Assembly (NCBI GenBank): GCA_964016885.1
Contig: OZ024748.1
Location: 2,480,001 to 2,544,000, forward strand
Length of the DNA: 64,000 bases
Reading direction: 5' to 3'
Source of the DNA: Eledone cirrhosa
Taxonomy: Eukaryota
Under the pieces are notes generated by a model. That model ran no database searches and had not been told where the DNA came from. It saw only the letters and a list, made by a program, of their open reading frames with translations. Shown here one piece after another: positions 43,793 to 58,198 of the stretch; the first letter of the stretch is position 1, and the number at the start of each line of letters is the position of its first letter. A program made the translations under genes and the position numbers.

Positions 43793-45374
43793 TGTTAATC
43801 TGATTTGGTTATCAATTGAAAAGCAATGTGGAACTTTAAAACATGAAAGAAGAAGTTAATAGTATAGTTGACAAGATCCCAGACCTCACTTACCAAGTGG
43901 GGTGGAATTTGTCAAATTGGACCAAGGAAACAATGTTTCCATTGCTGATACAATCTACTGGTTGTAATTCTTGTAGAAAAAAAGATCAAATTACACTTTA
44001 TGATTGCAATAACTCATCATCGCATAAATTTATATATACATATTTAATTTCATCCCAGAAATATATATATATATATATTCATGCTAGCGTGGAAGATGGA
44101 CTTTAAACGATGATGATAATGATATAAACATATTTAATTTCATCTTATAAATTTAAATGTATAAAATCTTCCTTAAATTCAAAACTACATCACTGTGACA
44201 TTTCAAAGTTACTGAACAGCAACGATGTATGCTGGACCATGGGACCATGGGACCTCTGTGGTGACAACACAGCTAGGCACTAGTGCAGTTTAGAGAAGAT
44301 CTTACATATAAACTATTCAATTCAAATAACCATCAGATAATGACCCAAATGTAATAAAAAAAGAAGCTTTCACAGACTTGGTTCTAATCTGGCTGAACTG
44401 TTGAATCCCTTTTGTATTTTTTATTTTGATACATCCATCCTAAGTATGTTTTGAAGAGAACTTTGACCATTTTTATTTTATTTAATGGAAAAATATAAAC
44501 ATTAGGTCATTTTTATTAAAAATCCAAACCAATCCAAACAAACTTTTTTTTCTGCTTCAGACTGTTAATGCTTTACAATAATAGGTGCCAAAATATTGTT
44601 CATATTTGTTATTAAAATATTCTAAAATAAAAATAAATGATTAAGTTATGTTTGTTGCATATTTACAGAATCTCATGTTAGTCCATCCTGCAAGATGGCA
44701 GTGCCAGAGTCATGATAAAATACTCCCAGTACACACTGTAAAGTGGTTGGTGTTAGGAAGGACATCCAGACCATAAAGGGCCGTAACTCTATGCTGCAAA
44801 GTATGTTCGATACTCTACCGATACTGTTAATCCACAATAATAATAATTTCTGATTTAAAAAAAAATACTAATGGTATAATAATGATAATTTCTTTAACCA
44901 CACAGGTACCCCATCAGTCCTGAACCACCTGATGCTTCAAGGGTACCCCACACCCCCTCAAATTAACCAGCCTATAGGTGTTTGCTCAGAGTAGGCCCAT
45001 TCACACAGGCCATTCTCACCACATTCACCCACCTTTTAGCAAATGGACTGGGGGCAGCACTTCTCTCTCCACCCTCACCTTCCTTTCCAAGTGAAACTTG
45101 AAAAAGTCAATGATAGTAATGATAATAAAATAAATGTACTCTAGAGAATTTCATACATTTTTAGCCATTAAAAAATAAAAATAATTCAAACAAAACTCAT
45201 TACAAAAAAAAATTTTACATATTAAGATTTTTCCACAATTTTTTAACCAACAATTTGTCTTTACTTTGATATTTGATAAACAACTTTTATACATGACATC
45301 ATGTCTAATATATAGTTCATTTCTAAAACATTCTAATTATTTGATTTTCTTCCAATTTAAAATGATGTTTCTTT

Positions 45375-45405
<31 letters not shown>

Positions 45406-46589
45406 GGCTAAAAGCTTATAGTGAGACTTGTTACTCTGGAGTTCCACCTGTTTATTGCAGGGTCATGAGACAAGAACAAAATAAATATTTAAACTCTACT
45501 TCGGTATTGAGTACTTTTCTTTCAGTATCCCATACAGGCTTTATACTCATCATGGGGTCCTTTTTTGAGGCAGTGTCTTGGATCTGTATGCCCTTCTTGG
45601 TGCCAACTCTCTTAGTTGCCCCTTAACACATGCATTGATACGGTGTACCTATTCCAACTCAGATACACAAAGTATCTAAAATTAAATTCTAATAAATTAT
45701 TTTTATTCTATAACTAGGTGACAGTTTTACGACCCAATACTAATTCGTATTCTTTGCCCCTTTTTTCTCTGACCCCCCCCCCCTTTTTTTTTTACCTTCC
45801 TTTGACCACCTCACCTAACACCCCTCTTGCCTTCCAGTGCTCCTGTTGAGTCTCCCAGTAGCCCCTAGGGTTGGGGTGTAGCACCCATTTTGGGAATCAG
45901 TGCTCTAGAGCCTAAACATTGAAATGTTTTACAGATTGACAAAGAAAACATTGTTTAGACACAAACATTGAACATTTTCTTTCATCTCTAAGAAACCAGA
46001 ACTCTTTATTTAAATCTCTACTGATGAAAATTTTTTTCAATTACAAAATTAGTTTGATATTAAATTTGATAATTATAAACAGATTTAATCGCAATGTTTC
46101 AGCCATTGTACCATTTGGCTTTCTTCTGATCCCAATTATCTGGGATGATTTTAGAATTTCAATTTTGAAACCCTTTATTTACAAAATGAGGAGACTGGTT
46201 TTTTTTTTCTGTTGTCCATACATTCCCATGGTAGTGGAGGTGCATGGCCTAGTGGTATTGGACTTATGGTCATATCGTAGGTTCAATTCCTGGACTGGGT
46301 TGTGTGTTGTGTTCTTGAGCAAAACACTTCATTCTATGTTGCTCTAGTATACTCAGTTGAAAATGAGTACCAGTAATAGCTGGGGGTTTAACCCTGTGAT
46401 TGACTGGTGTCCTGTTCAGGATGGTGGGGAGAGCCTTGTACTGTCAGTCACTTCACGCCACGGAAACCAGGATAAGCACCTGCCTGATGAGCTTCTGGGC
46501 TCAAGACAGACTTTAGACCTTAGATACCCAAGGTATCCTTGTATTAATTAGGTACTGAGGGAACAAGCAATTGACATCACAAAGAACTA

Positions 46590-46838
46590 ATTCATATGTG
46601 GATATTTTGGAGGACATGGACAATGGAATCAGAACAAGCCCTAGCCCATGGTTTGAATAAAGGGTTCAGTTTGAAATTCTATTAACATCACCAAATACAA
46701 CAATCACTCAAAGAAGGCCAGAGGAGTACAACAGCCGAAACATTGGGATTTTAACAATCAAGATGAGGACTTTAGTCCAAAGAAATCTGTTAATAATAAT
46801 AATGTTAAATTCCTCAGCTCAGAAATTCAAACAAAATG
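46590..46838 (+). mobile_element. Degenerate Penelope-type terminal repeat with decayed hammerhead boxes
   Basis: tcaaagaAGGCcagaggagtacaacaGCCGAAAC at 46708-46741; family recognised from memory, not by search. Confidence 0.4.
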
Positions 46839-46987
46839 GAATTTGATAAGTTTTAATATCTATCATAAGAGATATAATATTTTTCATTTCATATTATATG
46901 TGTGTGTTTATTACTTGTTACTTATTCCTGGTATTTCAATCAATTTCTTTAAGATCATATTATATATATACATACATATATATATAA

Positions 46988-47237
46988 CAGTAAGGAGAGA
47001 AATACACATAAATTTATGTGTTCAAATTATAGGGGTTATAAAGCCACCAGGGTGACGAACATATTTTCTAAAGATGGATCTGTTAAAACAAATTAATTAA
47101 AAGGATAAAGGTTGGTTTGTACACTTTAATTTATCCTTCTAATTAATTTATATTGACCATTCCATCCATAGTTAATGTTCATCACCCTAGTGGCTTTATA
47201 TCCCCTATAATTTGAACACATATTTCTCCCGTTACTG
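46988..47237. mobile_element. Foldback MITE (~250 bp, imperfect palindrome)
   Basis: CAGTAA...TTACTG ends; tgtgttcaaattatagggg.tataaagccac.agggtga.gaacat mirrored at 47175-47221; (TA)n flanks. Confidence 0.65.
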
Positions 47238-47869
47238 ATTTACATATATATATATATATATATACTCTTTATTTTATACTTTGAAATAAAAAAGAACTGA
47301 AAACTTTTTAATACAAGCAGATCGATGTGTGGATTCACACACCACCATGCATGGATTTTTATAAATTAATTTTTTGTTTTTGTTTTGAAAACAAAAATGG
47401 ATTTTTTAAAATATTGATTTTAAACATCGATGTCTCTCCTTTTTCTACACTAAGGTGTAGAGGATGAAGCAGAAATGCAAACGGAGAATTTAGACATCTT
47501 CATATTTATTTAAACTCTGTAAAATGATTTAATTAAATTAAAATGACATAACTGAAATTCTTCTAGAAGTACCAGTTTTCTGGAAGGAGAGGTTGCATAA
47601 ATTTGAGTATTTGAAATATTTTATTTTTATTTTTAGCTTCTAATTTCCTTTTATGCTGTTTGTTTGTTTGTTTATGTTTAATATTTATATTTTTTACCTG
47701 TTCTTATTTAATTTTTCTATGGCTTACTTAACTTTATTAATTTTATTAACAAATGAATATAATTCATCTAATAAACAATTACATTTTCATTTATATTTGC
47801 CAAATATATAATGATTTGCTTTCATTTAAATAAAACTGGAGTTTAAGAAATGAAAAAAAAAATTATGCA

Positions 47870-48215
47870 TTTTCTTCTCTTTTTCTTCTTCGCCTCCCAC
47901 TTATTCCTGAGAGGGTTGTGGGAGTAGAGTCTTGAAACACTCCTTCCAGTGGGTCCTGTCAGAAGAAACAACCGTCTCCAACTGATCCTGCTATATTCAC
48001 AAGCTAGACTAGCCAAGATGTTATCCAACCATCTTGTTCTGGGTCTCCTGCCGATTGGTTTTGCCTGTAAAATACGTCCAGTGATTCTTTCCTGAGACAT
48101 TCTAACCACGTGATTATAGTATTGAAACTGTGATCTCTCAATTTGGAGAAGTAGTGGCTCTACCTGGAGTGACTCTGATCTCTCAGCTACATACTTTATC
48201 GAGTAACATTACTCA
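47870..48215 (-). mobile_element. RTE-like LINE 3' fragment (different family)
   Basis: HVVRMSQERITGRILQAKPIGRRPRTRWLDNI; (AAG)-rich tail. Confidence 0.7.
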
Positions 48216-48371
48216 AAAGACCCTTTAGAAATTGGTTAGGGATAGGAGAATTACTGTGGCAATACTTTATGTTTTATATATAAATATATTTCGTTAGTAT
48301 GTATAAGAATGCTTTGTAATTACATCTTTAATAAATTGAAACATTTTCAGAAATTCCCACAAAATACAAAG

Positions 48372-48602
48372 TATATTTATATATTTCAACTGCAGACCAA
48401 ATATATTTGTAGATTTTAATTACAAACTAAATATTTTTATAAATTTTAATTACAAAATAAATATACACTTCCAATGCCAACAAAATATATTTATGCATTT
48501 TCAATGAAAATTAAATATATTTATACATTTCCAGTGCAAACTAAATATATTTAGATATTTCTATTAAATGTGTTTATATATTTCAATTGTAAACTAAATA
48601 TA
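48372..48602. repeat. AT-rich ~30-32-bp minisatellite (~7 degenerate units)
   Basis: Recurring aaatatattt.ta.at.tt..aat..caaa. Confidence 0.7.
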
Positions 48603-48870
48603 AGTACTGGTGATTTACACAATTAAAGCACCCAGTATATGCTGTAAAGTGGTTGGTATTAGGAAGGGTATCCAGCCATAGAAAGCTTGCTTAACAAGGG
48701 GTTGGGAAGACCCTTCAGTTCCTATCAAAAGACACTTCTCTGCATTCAATAGAATGTATGACCATATATATGTAAGCAAGGTACAGATCCTTCGGTCCAA
48801 CTGGGAGATCAGTAGCCTTGCTTCAATACTGACTTTGTCTATGTAAACCTCGATATATATTTTTATTTAA

Positions 48871-49060
48871 CCTTTTAGCATTTAAACCAGCCGTATCTGG
48901 CCAGAATTCTCTCACCTCTTTCTGTCCAAACTGGCTGTAACCGGCCACTCTTATTGATGTTAAGGTATTGTTCTCAAAATAAGTAATATCAACATCTCAG
49001 ATTCTATATTATGTGAGGTAAAGTGTTTACCACAAAAATAAAATAGTATATATAGAGTAA
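48871..49060 (+). mobile_element. piggyBac-type MITE, same family, right TIR lost
   Basis: TTAA plus ccttttagcattta and the shared core. Confidence 0.75.
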
Positions 49061-50169
49061 AATACTATTTTTTTTTTTCTTTTTTTTAATTTGATTGTTT
49101 TAGATGTTGAATTTCTGATATTTAAAAAATAAAAATCCAAAGATTGAATAAAAAAAATCATAAAAAATGTTAGAGCCGGTTACAAATGATGGCTGCTAAA
49201 TAGGTTGTATATTGACAGTATATGTTTAATTTTACTTCAGAAGAAAGGTTAGTTGTAAGTGGGTTGAGCATGTGTTACCAAAAGCTAATGTATGTAAAAC
49301 TTTCTGGTTGAACATATAATTATTTATAAAGTAGGCACTAAACCACTAATTTGAAGGGAAGTGTGCAGTCAATTATATTGGAGAGTTGTTTTGAAAAGTT
49401 CTCAGTTTAACCCATTTCCAAATTTCATTTTCAGCAACCATTCCTGTATATCATCATCATCGTTTAACGTCTATCTTCCACGCTAGCATGGGTTGGACGG
49501 GAATTGTCCCACTTGAGGTAAGATTGGTCGGGTGACCGTGTCTCGCTCATATAGGACTATCTGGCAGGTTTTCTATGCCCTTCCTAACACCAACCACGTT
49601 TACAGTGTGGACTGGGAGGTTTTTACCGTGTTACCTACACGACCACATTACATCGTGGACTGTGTTTTCTTTTGTTGTGAGACCTACACGATCTCTTTAG
49701 TTTGGACTGGATGTTGTGGTACCAACATAACTTTACAAAGGGTGGTGTTGGGGTGTATATACATAGAATAAATTACAAGTCATATATACTGATGGGTTGG
49801 TGGAGGATAGTGATAATTCTAGGGAATTGATTAAACTAAGGACTTTATAGTACTTCTTTGTGAATCTTCCCCCAATCCCCAGTACATGACCAGGGTTGAA
49901 TCTAGACCTTGGGAGGCCCTTCATAGACAAAAAAGAAATTAGAATACACAGCGTGATAAAATGGACGTTAAACGGTGATGATGATATATATCATCATTAT
50001 CGTTGTTTTAACATTTGCTTTCCCTGCTAGAAACGGTTGGATTAGTTTGCATATATATAAATATGTTCTTTCATTACACTCTCACTCATTTCGAAAAAGC
50101 TTTTTTTTTTTTTTTTTTATAAATTACGTCCCTTACATCGGTTCGTTATTCTACATGTCTACTTATATA

Positions 50170-50317
50170 TATAACAAACCACTGCTAACATACGAATAAT
50201 TTACTATTGAATAAACAAACAAGGTGTGTGTGTATGTATATATATATATACATACACACACACATTGTTTGTTTATTCAATAGTAAATTATTCGTATGTT
50301 AGCAGTGGTTTGTTATA
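50170..50317. repeat. 148-bp near-perfect spacerless palindrome centred on (TG)n(TA)n(CA)n
   Basis: One mismatch between arms by eye. Confidence 0.9.
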
Positions 50318-52261
50318 ATACTATGTTCTACTACAGTATATATCTATAGATTGCTAACCAGCACTATATTTGAAATGAATGCTCTGTCGGTTTTTGACTA
50401 TGAGTGATCTAGTTGTTCGATCAACAGGATAACCTGCTCGTAAAATTAACGTGCAAGTGGCTGAGCATTCTACAGACACATGTACTCTGAATGTAAAACT
50501 CAGGGAGATTCAACATGACACAGTGTCTGTATGGCAAGGCTGGCCTTTTGAATTACATGTACAGTCGATCTGATGGGCTTCTAAACAGCTGCCAAATTTT
50601 ACTAACCACTTTTCACAGTTTTTCCTCCCAAGAACATCAATAATCTGAAGTTCCCTCTCACTCAACCTATTTTTTTCTAGTAGCTATCAACTGTGTGTAT
50701 ATCACAGTTCTGAAGAGGCTTGCGAAAGCAATAGACACAGTCTCTTTCTCCTAATCAAACTATAAAAAAGAGATAGGAATACATTATTAAATGTATTGTC
50801 CCGTCGAGGTTAACTTTGCCTTTCATCCTTACGGGGTCGGTAAAATAAAGTGCCAGTAATGCACTGGGTAATTGCTGGCCTTGTGCCTAAAGTAGAAACA
50901 ATTATTAAATGTATCCGTCTCACTTTTTTTAAAAATGATGTTGAGCTTAAATTTGAGGGCAATTTGGCTGCTTTTTATAGCAAAGCGAATGACTAATGCA
51001 GTTTTCTAATTAAATTACGCGAGTTCAGAATTCTCTCCCTTGTCTATCGGATAATAATCGTTTCTACTTTTGGCACAAGACCAGCAAATATTCCAGTGCA
51101 TTACTGGTATTTTTATCCACCCCGAAAGGATGAAAGGCAAAGTTAACCTCGGCGGGATTTGAACTCAGATATACCACGTTTTTCATAAAAGAATTGTGAT
51201 AACCTGATAACAGTACAAGCTATTGAAATCAATGAAATAAATCAAAAAGAAAAATAGGTTAATATTTCATACAAACAAATAGTTTGATATCTTTTTTTTC
51301 TTCTGTTCCTTACTTCACATTCTACCAAGATTTTAATAAGTAACCAGGGGAGCTAACCTTTCCCCACAAAACACTTTGAAGTCAGTCTTTTTCTTTTTCT
51401 TTTTTTAAGTGTCAATTGTCAATATAATTTACTAGCTTCCTTCACCATCCTCCGGGGAAACACCTTCTCTACTCTGTCCATGGGGCGGCCAGCGTGTGGG
51501 TCCCCATTTACTTATAATAGTGAAAGATGGGGAGAGCGAGAGAGACGGAGGCTGTGAATGAAAGAGAAAACATCAACAATTATTTATTTACCTACTTATA
51601 CCACAGACTACGTAGATATATTCCCACATGGTCCCGAAACACACGAGGGAGTCGTTGGGATGACATATTAACATACGGCGTTTTGGGCACATTTTAAATC
51701 CTGTGAGGTGGTTGGTGTTAGAAATGGAATTGAGGCATAGAAACCATGTCAAATATATAGAATATAATGAACAAGATTGGTTGCTCTAACCCATCTGTTA
51801 TCAAACCACAACCCATCCGACTCATGCCAGCATGTAAAGAGGACATACAACGATGATTATATGGATAGAGTGAGATTTCAGTGGAACAGATACACAATGG
51901 AATTACAGGTGACAGGGTATAATCTACTGACATTTTAGTTGGTATCTTCTTCACTGGGGCCACTTATGTAGGGTTTTATGCCCTTATAATTATCAATAAC
52001 TTTTAGAAATGAAAATACTACAGAAACCATTAGAGAATCACCAGACATTCAAATCAAAATAAAGATAGTTGTTTATAATTTTTATACAAGGTACAAGGCC
52101 AGTCAATTCTGGAGCAGGGAAAGTTGATTAAATGGGCCCCAGGACTTGACTGGTACTTTATTTTGACTCCTGAAAGTATGAAAGACAAATTTGACCTCAG
52201 TGGGATTTGAACTCAGAATCTAAAAAGCCAAAACAAATACTGAAACACATACATTTGTTCA

Positions 52262-52690
52262 CTGCTCTTTAGTGTGGCCGGTAGCTCTATATGGTTGTGA
52301 GTCATGGACTTTAATGGCATATGACTTGAAACAACTAAATACATTTGAAATGTCATGCTATAAGCGTGCACTCAGAATTAGTTGGACAGTTCACAGAACA
52401 AATGAATCTGTCCTGGAAGAGATTGGTTCCAATCGACAGTTGGTTGAAACAGTAAGGAAGAGGTAACTTCAGTATTTTGGTCATATCATCAGGGACCAAA
52501 ATTTGATAACCCAAATTGATTAGGGACGAATACAGTGGAAAAGGGCCAGGGGACGGCAGAAAATGAGATGGACAGATGATATTAAGAAATGGACAGGAAG
52601 GAGTTTGGTGGAATGTACACCAATGGCAAGAGACAGGAAAAGATGGAGAGTGCTGGTCCATGACACCCGACCCTCAGATATGAGGCTATA
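52262..52690 (+). mobile_element. RTE-like LINE 3' fragment inserted in a SINE
   Basis: VWPVALYGCESWTL...FEMSCYKRALRISW...TNESVL...YFGHIIR; SINE sequence on both sides (52085-52245 and ~52697-52718). Confidence 0.8.
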
Positions 52691-54365
52691 GGCTAATTAC
52701 TCTGCCAATCCACTGCCCTACATCCAATAGTAATATATACTTATTGGTTCAACAAAAATAGATTCGTAAAGTAATTACCTGACTTGAAAAAAAGTCTAAT
52801 TCACTTCAAAGTGGTGCCCTAGCATTGCCACAACTAATGCTGGTAAAACAACAATTGAATATGAATGTATTTTGAGGTGTAATGCAGGCTGTTTTACAAA
52901 TTTAATCTTATTAACTTCATTTTCTTTCAGGCTGGTTTGTTCCCAACCATATCCTTTTCTATTCTGGCAGATTTAATCCATTGCTCAGTTTACTATCACC
53001 ATTTGACACTCAGGTGCCTTTAGTGGAGTCCACTCTGGTCTAGATCTCCAGTCTCCCACCAGTCACAGAGACCCTGAAAACGGTAATGTCTAAACAGTAA
53101 AATAGAATTTATGGTACTCTGTGTAAAGTGGTTGGTAATAAGAAGGGCATCCAAATGTAGAAAGCTTGACAAACAAAGGATCTGAAGGACTCTTCAGTTG
53201 TGTCAATGACATGACAAACTCCCTAGTGTTGGTAATCTACATGATAAATACACCCTGTACACTGTAAAGTGGTTGGTGATAGGAACGGCATTCAGCTGTA
53301 GGAAACTTGCCACATAAAGGGTTGGACAGACTCGTCATCATAATCTGCTTTATACATATATATATCTGCATTCTGTGTCCTTCAAGTCTAACAAGGAGTT
53401 GGACAGACTCATCCCCATTATCGTGTTCATCACGATGGCACCCATATGACTCCATCAGGAGTTACAGGTCCATACATACACATACATGCAGGGCCTCCAA
53501 GAGAAATTTTGCAAGGTGGTACAAGACCACTTTGGGACCTTAAGCAGCCAAAGATGTTTCTCAAAATGGATGTTGCATGGTTGCTGTGGGGCCTTCTTAG
53601 CTCTTAGGCCCCGGAACAAAGTACCGACTGGACTCCCCTCTCATAGGCTCTGACTACACTTTAAATTTATCTTGTGTTTTAAAAACCCAAACTCTAAAAG
53701 GAGTTTATTTATATTTTCTGAATAAAAGTAGAATGGAATGGTTTCTGATTTAGGCACAAGGCCAACAACTTGAAGGGGAGGAGAAAGTAGATGAAATCAA
53801 CCCCAGTGTGTTACAGATACTTTATTTTAGCGACCCTGTAAGGATGAAAGGCAGAGCTAACCTCGGTGGGATTTGAACTCAGAATGTAAAGGGAGTATAA
53901 TTTATTTAATGTTTGTTATTTACAAAAGAAACAAATCAGTTAAAAAAAAAAAAAAAAAAATAGTTCGTTCCTTATACAGTTTATGGGTCAGTGCTTAGGG
54001 GTCTCTACAGATCTTAATCCGAACCTGTCTTTATTCTTAGCAGGATTGACCGATAAAATAAAGTGTACCAACGAAGTACTGAGATCGATTCTCTTTTGTC
54101 TCTATTTCCAGACACAGAATTTGTTGTCTTGTGCCAAAGTTAGAAACCAACATGTATTAATATTGTAATGTATATCGATTATATTTTACCACAATCCGGA
54201 CACCTACATCTCTTCTTTGGCACACACACACGCATACACATATAATTGCAAAAAGAGGTGAAGTTCCATACAAATCGAAGATTATAAGTAAAAAATACAA
54301 GTGGAAAAGCACAGGGGTATCTTTAAATATACCGCTGCATTTTTACAGTTTTACTAGTTACACAT

Positions 54366-54398
<33 letters not shown>

Positions 54399-54475
54399 CA
54401 CGGTGTCCCCTCCAAAATATATACACACTGATTACTTTGCTGTTGAAGTGTGTATACATTTTTTGGGACACTGTG
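54399..54475. mobile_element. Tiny Tc1/mariner-type MITE (77 bp)
   Basis: CACGGTGTCCC...aaaatatatacacact / agtgtgtatacatttt...GGGACACTGTG within (TA)n. Confidence 0.68.
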
Positions 54476-54485
54476 TTTGTATGTA

Positions 54486-54525
<40 letters not shown>

Positions 54526-54877
54526 GGGAAGGGAGAAATTTTTGGATGCTATACCTGACATAATAAAAAACCAAAATACACCCCTAACATTTGTCGGAAT
54601 ATCAATCACGAGAGTAGATAAATAAATATAGAAATACATAAATAAGAAATGATAGAAAAGGAAAAGAAAATCCCTACATTATGTAATATTCCCAGTCACC
54701 CCTAAATTTTCCCTAAATTTCAAAACCGGGAGGGAAAAGTCCGAGGGTTAAAATCCCAAATGATGGTACTTCAAATACTAGTGAATCCCTTCGCATTACA
54801 GTTTAAAGCAATACATATGATCGCTTTCATGACTCTTATTCCTTTCTAAGGGTCTCGTTTTTTTCTCTTCTTTCTAT

Positions 54878-54930
<53 letters not shown>

Positions 54931-55825
54931 AAATCTTCCCTCTGTCTATCTCTTTCCCTCTCTGTCTATCTTTTTGCCATAAAAACGATAATGATAATCA
55001 ATTCAATTAAGAAATATATATATATATTGTTAGTATTATTAAAATTAAATACCATTTATTCTGCGGCAGAGAGCTTCATCTTCTCCATCATTCACTCCTC
55101 CAGAATCGTAGTACTGGTCGTTATTGTATGTGTGTTTCTGCGTATATATATATATGTGGGGTGTATGTGTTTGTGTGTATATGTATATATGTGGGGTGTA
55201 TGTGTTTGTGTGTATATGTATATATGATTGCGATCGCCACTCTCGCCCTTCGTGAGGAGAATGTTGTGTACGTATGTGTATATATATATATATGTGTGTG
55301 TATGTGTGTGCTTGGAATATTTACCAATGGTTGGTATATCGATGAACCTCTGATAGGCTTATACAGAATTAATGGATCTCGTATCGGTTCCTTTCGTTCG
55401 ATCACCAAGAACTACCCACACATTTGAATTTATAATGTAAATGGTTAAATGTTTCACAAACACTTGTACTCCCTTACTTTAACATACCCCTCCCCCATAT
55501 ACACATACTATGTGGGCACTCAGTTTGCTAGAAATAAGAGCCAATTCTTTCCACCCACCTTAAAAAAAATATTAAGAAAGAACACGATGTCCGATAATGT
55601 ACTTATTAGAGACACCTAAAACGACGGGATGGTCGTGGCTGGAATACCGTTGATCATAATGGAATTCTGTGGTTTAGTCAAGGTTGACCTAGGGCTAAAC
55701 AACAACAGTAACGTAATCCCCAAGCAGAATCTATCTATAAACAGACTAAAAAACAGCTTGTAAAAAAAAAAAGATATTTATCTGATACAGAGGTAGGAAG
55801 CAGCTAGTATTGATATACAACAGGG

Positions 55826-55863
<38 letters not shown>

Positions 55864-57324
55864 GTTGCTGATGTGTATTGAATTATGATGAGACTGTTGT
55901 CGAGCACGAAATTAACCAGGTTCTTGTTTGAGAAAATGTATCGTTGCAGGTTTTACCTTTGCCCCTCAGGTGAATGGGCCTTACTATCATGGAACGGGAA
56001 TATTGTGATGGGACCCGACTTTTCCCCGCCCCCTCGGTCTAGCCCCGCAGGTACAGTCGAGTCCGCTTAAGAGTATACCCTCGGGAATGGAAAATAGTAT
56101 ACTCTTATCCGGACTAAGTAAAAATATTCCATAGTATTATTATTTTGAGTCTTTCAATGATTAATAATCGTTTTATTATCGTTTAAAATGCAAGTCAACA
56201 AAACTCTCTTGCAACATTGTAGAGTGAATGTAAAATTTTATAAGCTTCAGCTTTGAGAAACTACTCTCACCATTTTCCATCGATAATGGAAGTGTGAAAA
56301 GGAAGCTCAATACAATAGCATCATTTGAGTGATATAAAAAATGTTCCCGATTTTAGAATTCCAGTTTATCATTTTTCCGAACTTACAAGGAAAAAATACG
56401 TAAATACGTATAGAGACATTTATATATTTAGAGGTAATGTCACGTGAACACAATCACGTCACGTGACAAATTACATTCTTTCAAAAGGAAAAGTTTGGCG
56501 CCATTTTTCTCCATGGAATAGAGCTAGTGTCAACAAACACGAGAGAAGAAACAGTAAAAGCAAAAGATAAGACAATGGTAAATAATATCAAATAATTATT
56601 AAAAAGTGTTGAGATTAAAAACGTTTAGTCTGACGGATGAGTTATGTATATGTTACAGGAGTCGCATTACACGAATAATTAAGTTTCATACATACATATA
56701 TATATGTGTGTATGTATGTATATATATGTATTTTATCTTATGAAAGCGCACCATAATTTGCCTTGGTGGCCCTTGAAATATGTATAATAAAATAAATAAA
56801 GGTTATTAAACAAAGGTTTAAATTTCATATAAATCGAAGGTAAAGTTTCAGCGGCGGTTTTGTGCCCCCGATGAACCCTTTGATTAAAATGAAATATACT
56901 TATACAAGTACCCTGGGCAATGTAGTTTTAGAATATATATGGTTATGGGGGTCTATCTATAAAACCATAGGAGGAGTTCGTAAAATCTTGTTCCATTTAC
57001 TGGCCAAACGTTTCACTATAGGGAGTTTAACCCCCATTAGGGTGTCTTAATATTATTGAAATTTGCACACACATATATATATATATATATACACGAACAC
57101 ACACATATATATATATATATATACACATACACAAACACACACATATATCTTTTAGCAGAGCATTTTAATATTGCCACTCAATGAAAACCCTTTGTTTGGA
57201 ATAAATGAACCTTGAAAACTAGGAGTGCCTGTCAGTGTGTATGTGTTTGTCTACTTAGCATCAATTTACTACCCTCCCCTACCACCAGAAAATGTATAAA
57301 TACCACCATATTACATTGACAGTC

Positions 57325-57376
57325 GGCTTTTCTGATGATTTCCTCCGAATGAAACAGTTCTAGTCCTGTTGAAGCC
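57325..57376 (+). ncRNA. Type I hammerhead ribozyme motif (family 1), GUU triplet
   Basis: GGCUUUU-CUGAUGA-U UUC cucc GAA U-GAA-ACAG uucuaguc CUGU-U-GAAGCC. Confidence 0.65.
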
Positions 57377-57469
57377 ATTTCTATATTAAATATATATATA
57401 TACTCTTTTAGCTGTTCCAGCCATCCGACTGAGACCATGATTGGGCACTGCCCTTGTTGCTACACATTC

Positions 57470-57900
57470 TATCTCCAGCCTGTGTTGGCTGGCCATTGAT
57501 GTAAGAGGGAGTTCGTTGCTGCTGCCCTTAGGTTACCTTCGTACCGTGATGTGGGCACATCCGGGATCCTGGATAACGGGGTGTCGAGAAGTTTCTTGAA
57601 AATATCCATGGCCACACCATGTAGATCTCTCAAATCCCTCGGCAGTTTGTTGAAGAGTTGAGGGCCTTTGAACCCCAGTCTATTGCAATATCTGCTTCTT
57701 GTTCTAGATGTGGAAGACGGGACCTTTGTCACCACACAGTGACGTCCTGTTCGGGGGTTGGTCCCGCTGTCAATACCAAAGTTTGGTGCTAGTCCCTCCA
57801 GGATTTTCCATATGTATATCCCTGTTTATCTCTCCCGTTTTTGTTCCAAGGAGTAGAGTTTCAGTTCTTTTAGCCTCTCCCAGTAGCTCATCTCCTTCAT
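57470..57900 (-). mobile_element. CR1/L2-group LINE 3' fragment
   Basis: NRLGFKGPQLFNKLPRDLRDL...FKKLLD. Confidence 0.7.
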
Positions 57901-58165
57901 CGTGCAATCCTCCTGGTGTAGCTTCGTTGGATTGTCTCAAGTTCCGTGGTTAGTTTGATACTATGGGGTGACCACAGCTGGGAGCAATAGTCCAGGTGGT
58001 TTAGCACAAATGGCCTTCACAGTATCAACATGGTCTCCCGGTCTCTTATATAGAAAACCTCAAATAAAAAGTCAAAATTTGTTTCGATTTAACAGAGCAG
58101 AAAGAATTCGCGTCAGAATATTCCAACCAATCCAGCCTATATCAGCTGAATAAATATGTATATGG

Positions 58166-58198
<33 letters not shown>

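Noticed and set aside
50710-50740. CTGAAGAGGCTTGCGAAAG as a hammerhead core
   Set aside because: No stem III with a UH cleavage site or stem I could be formed
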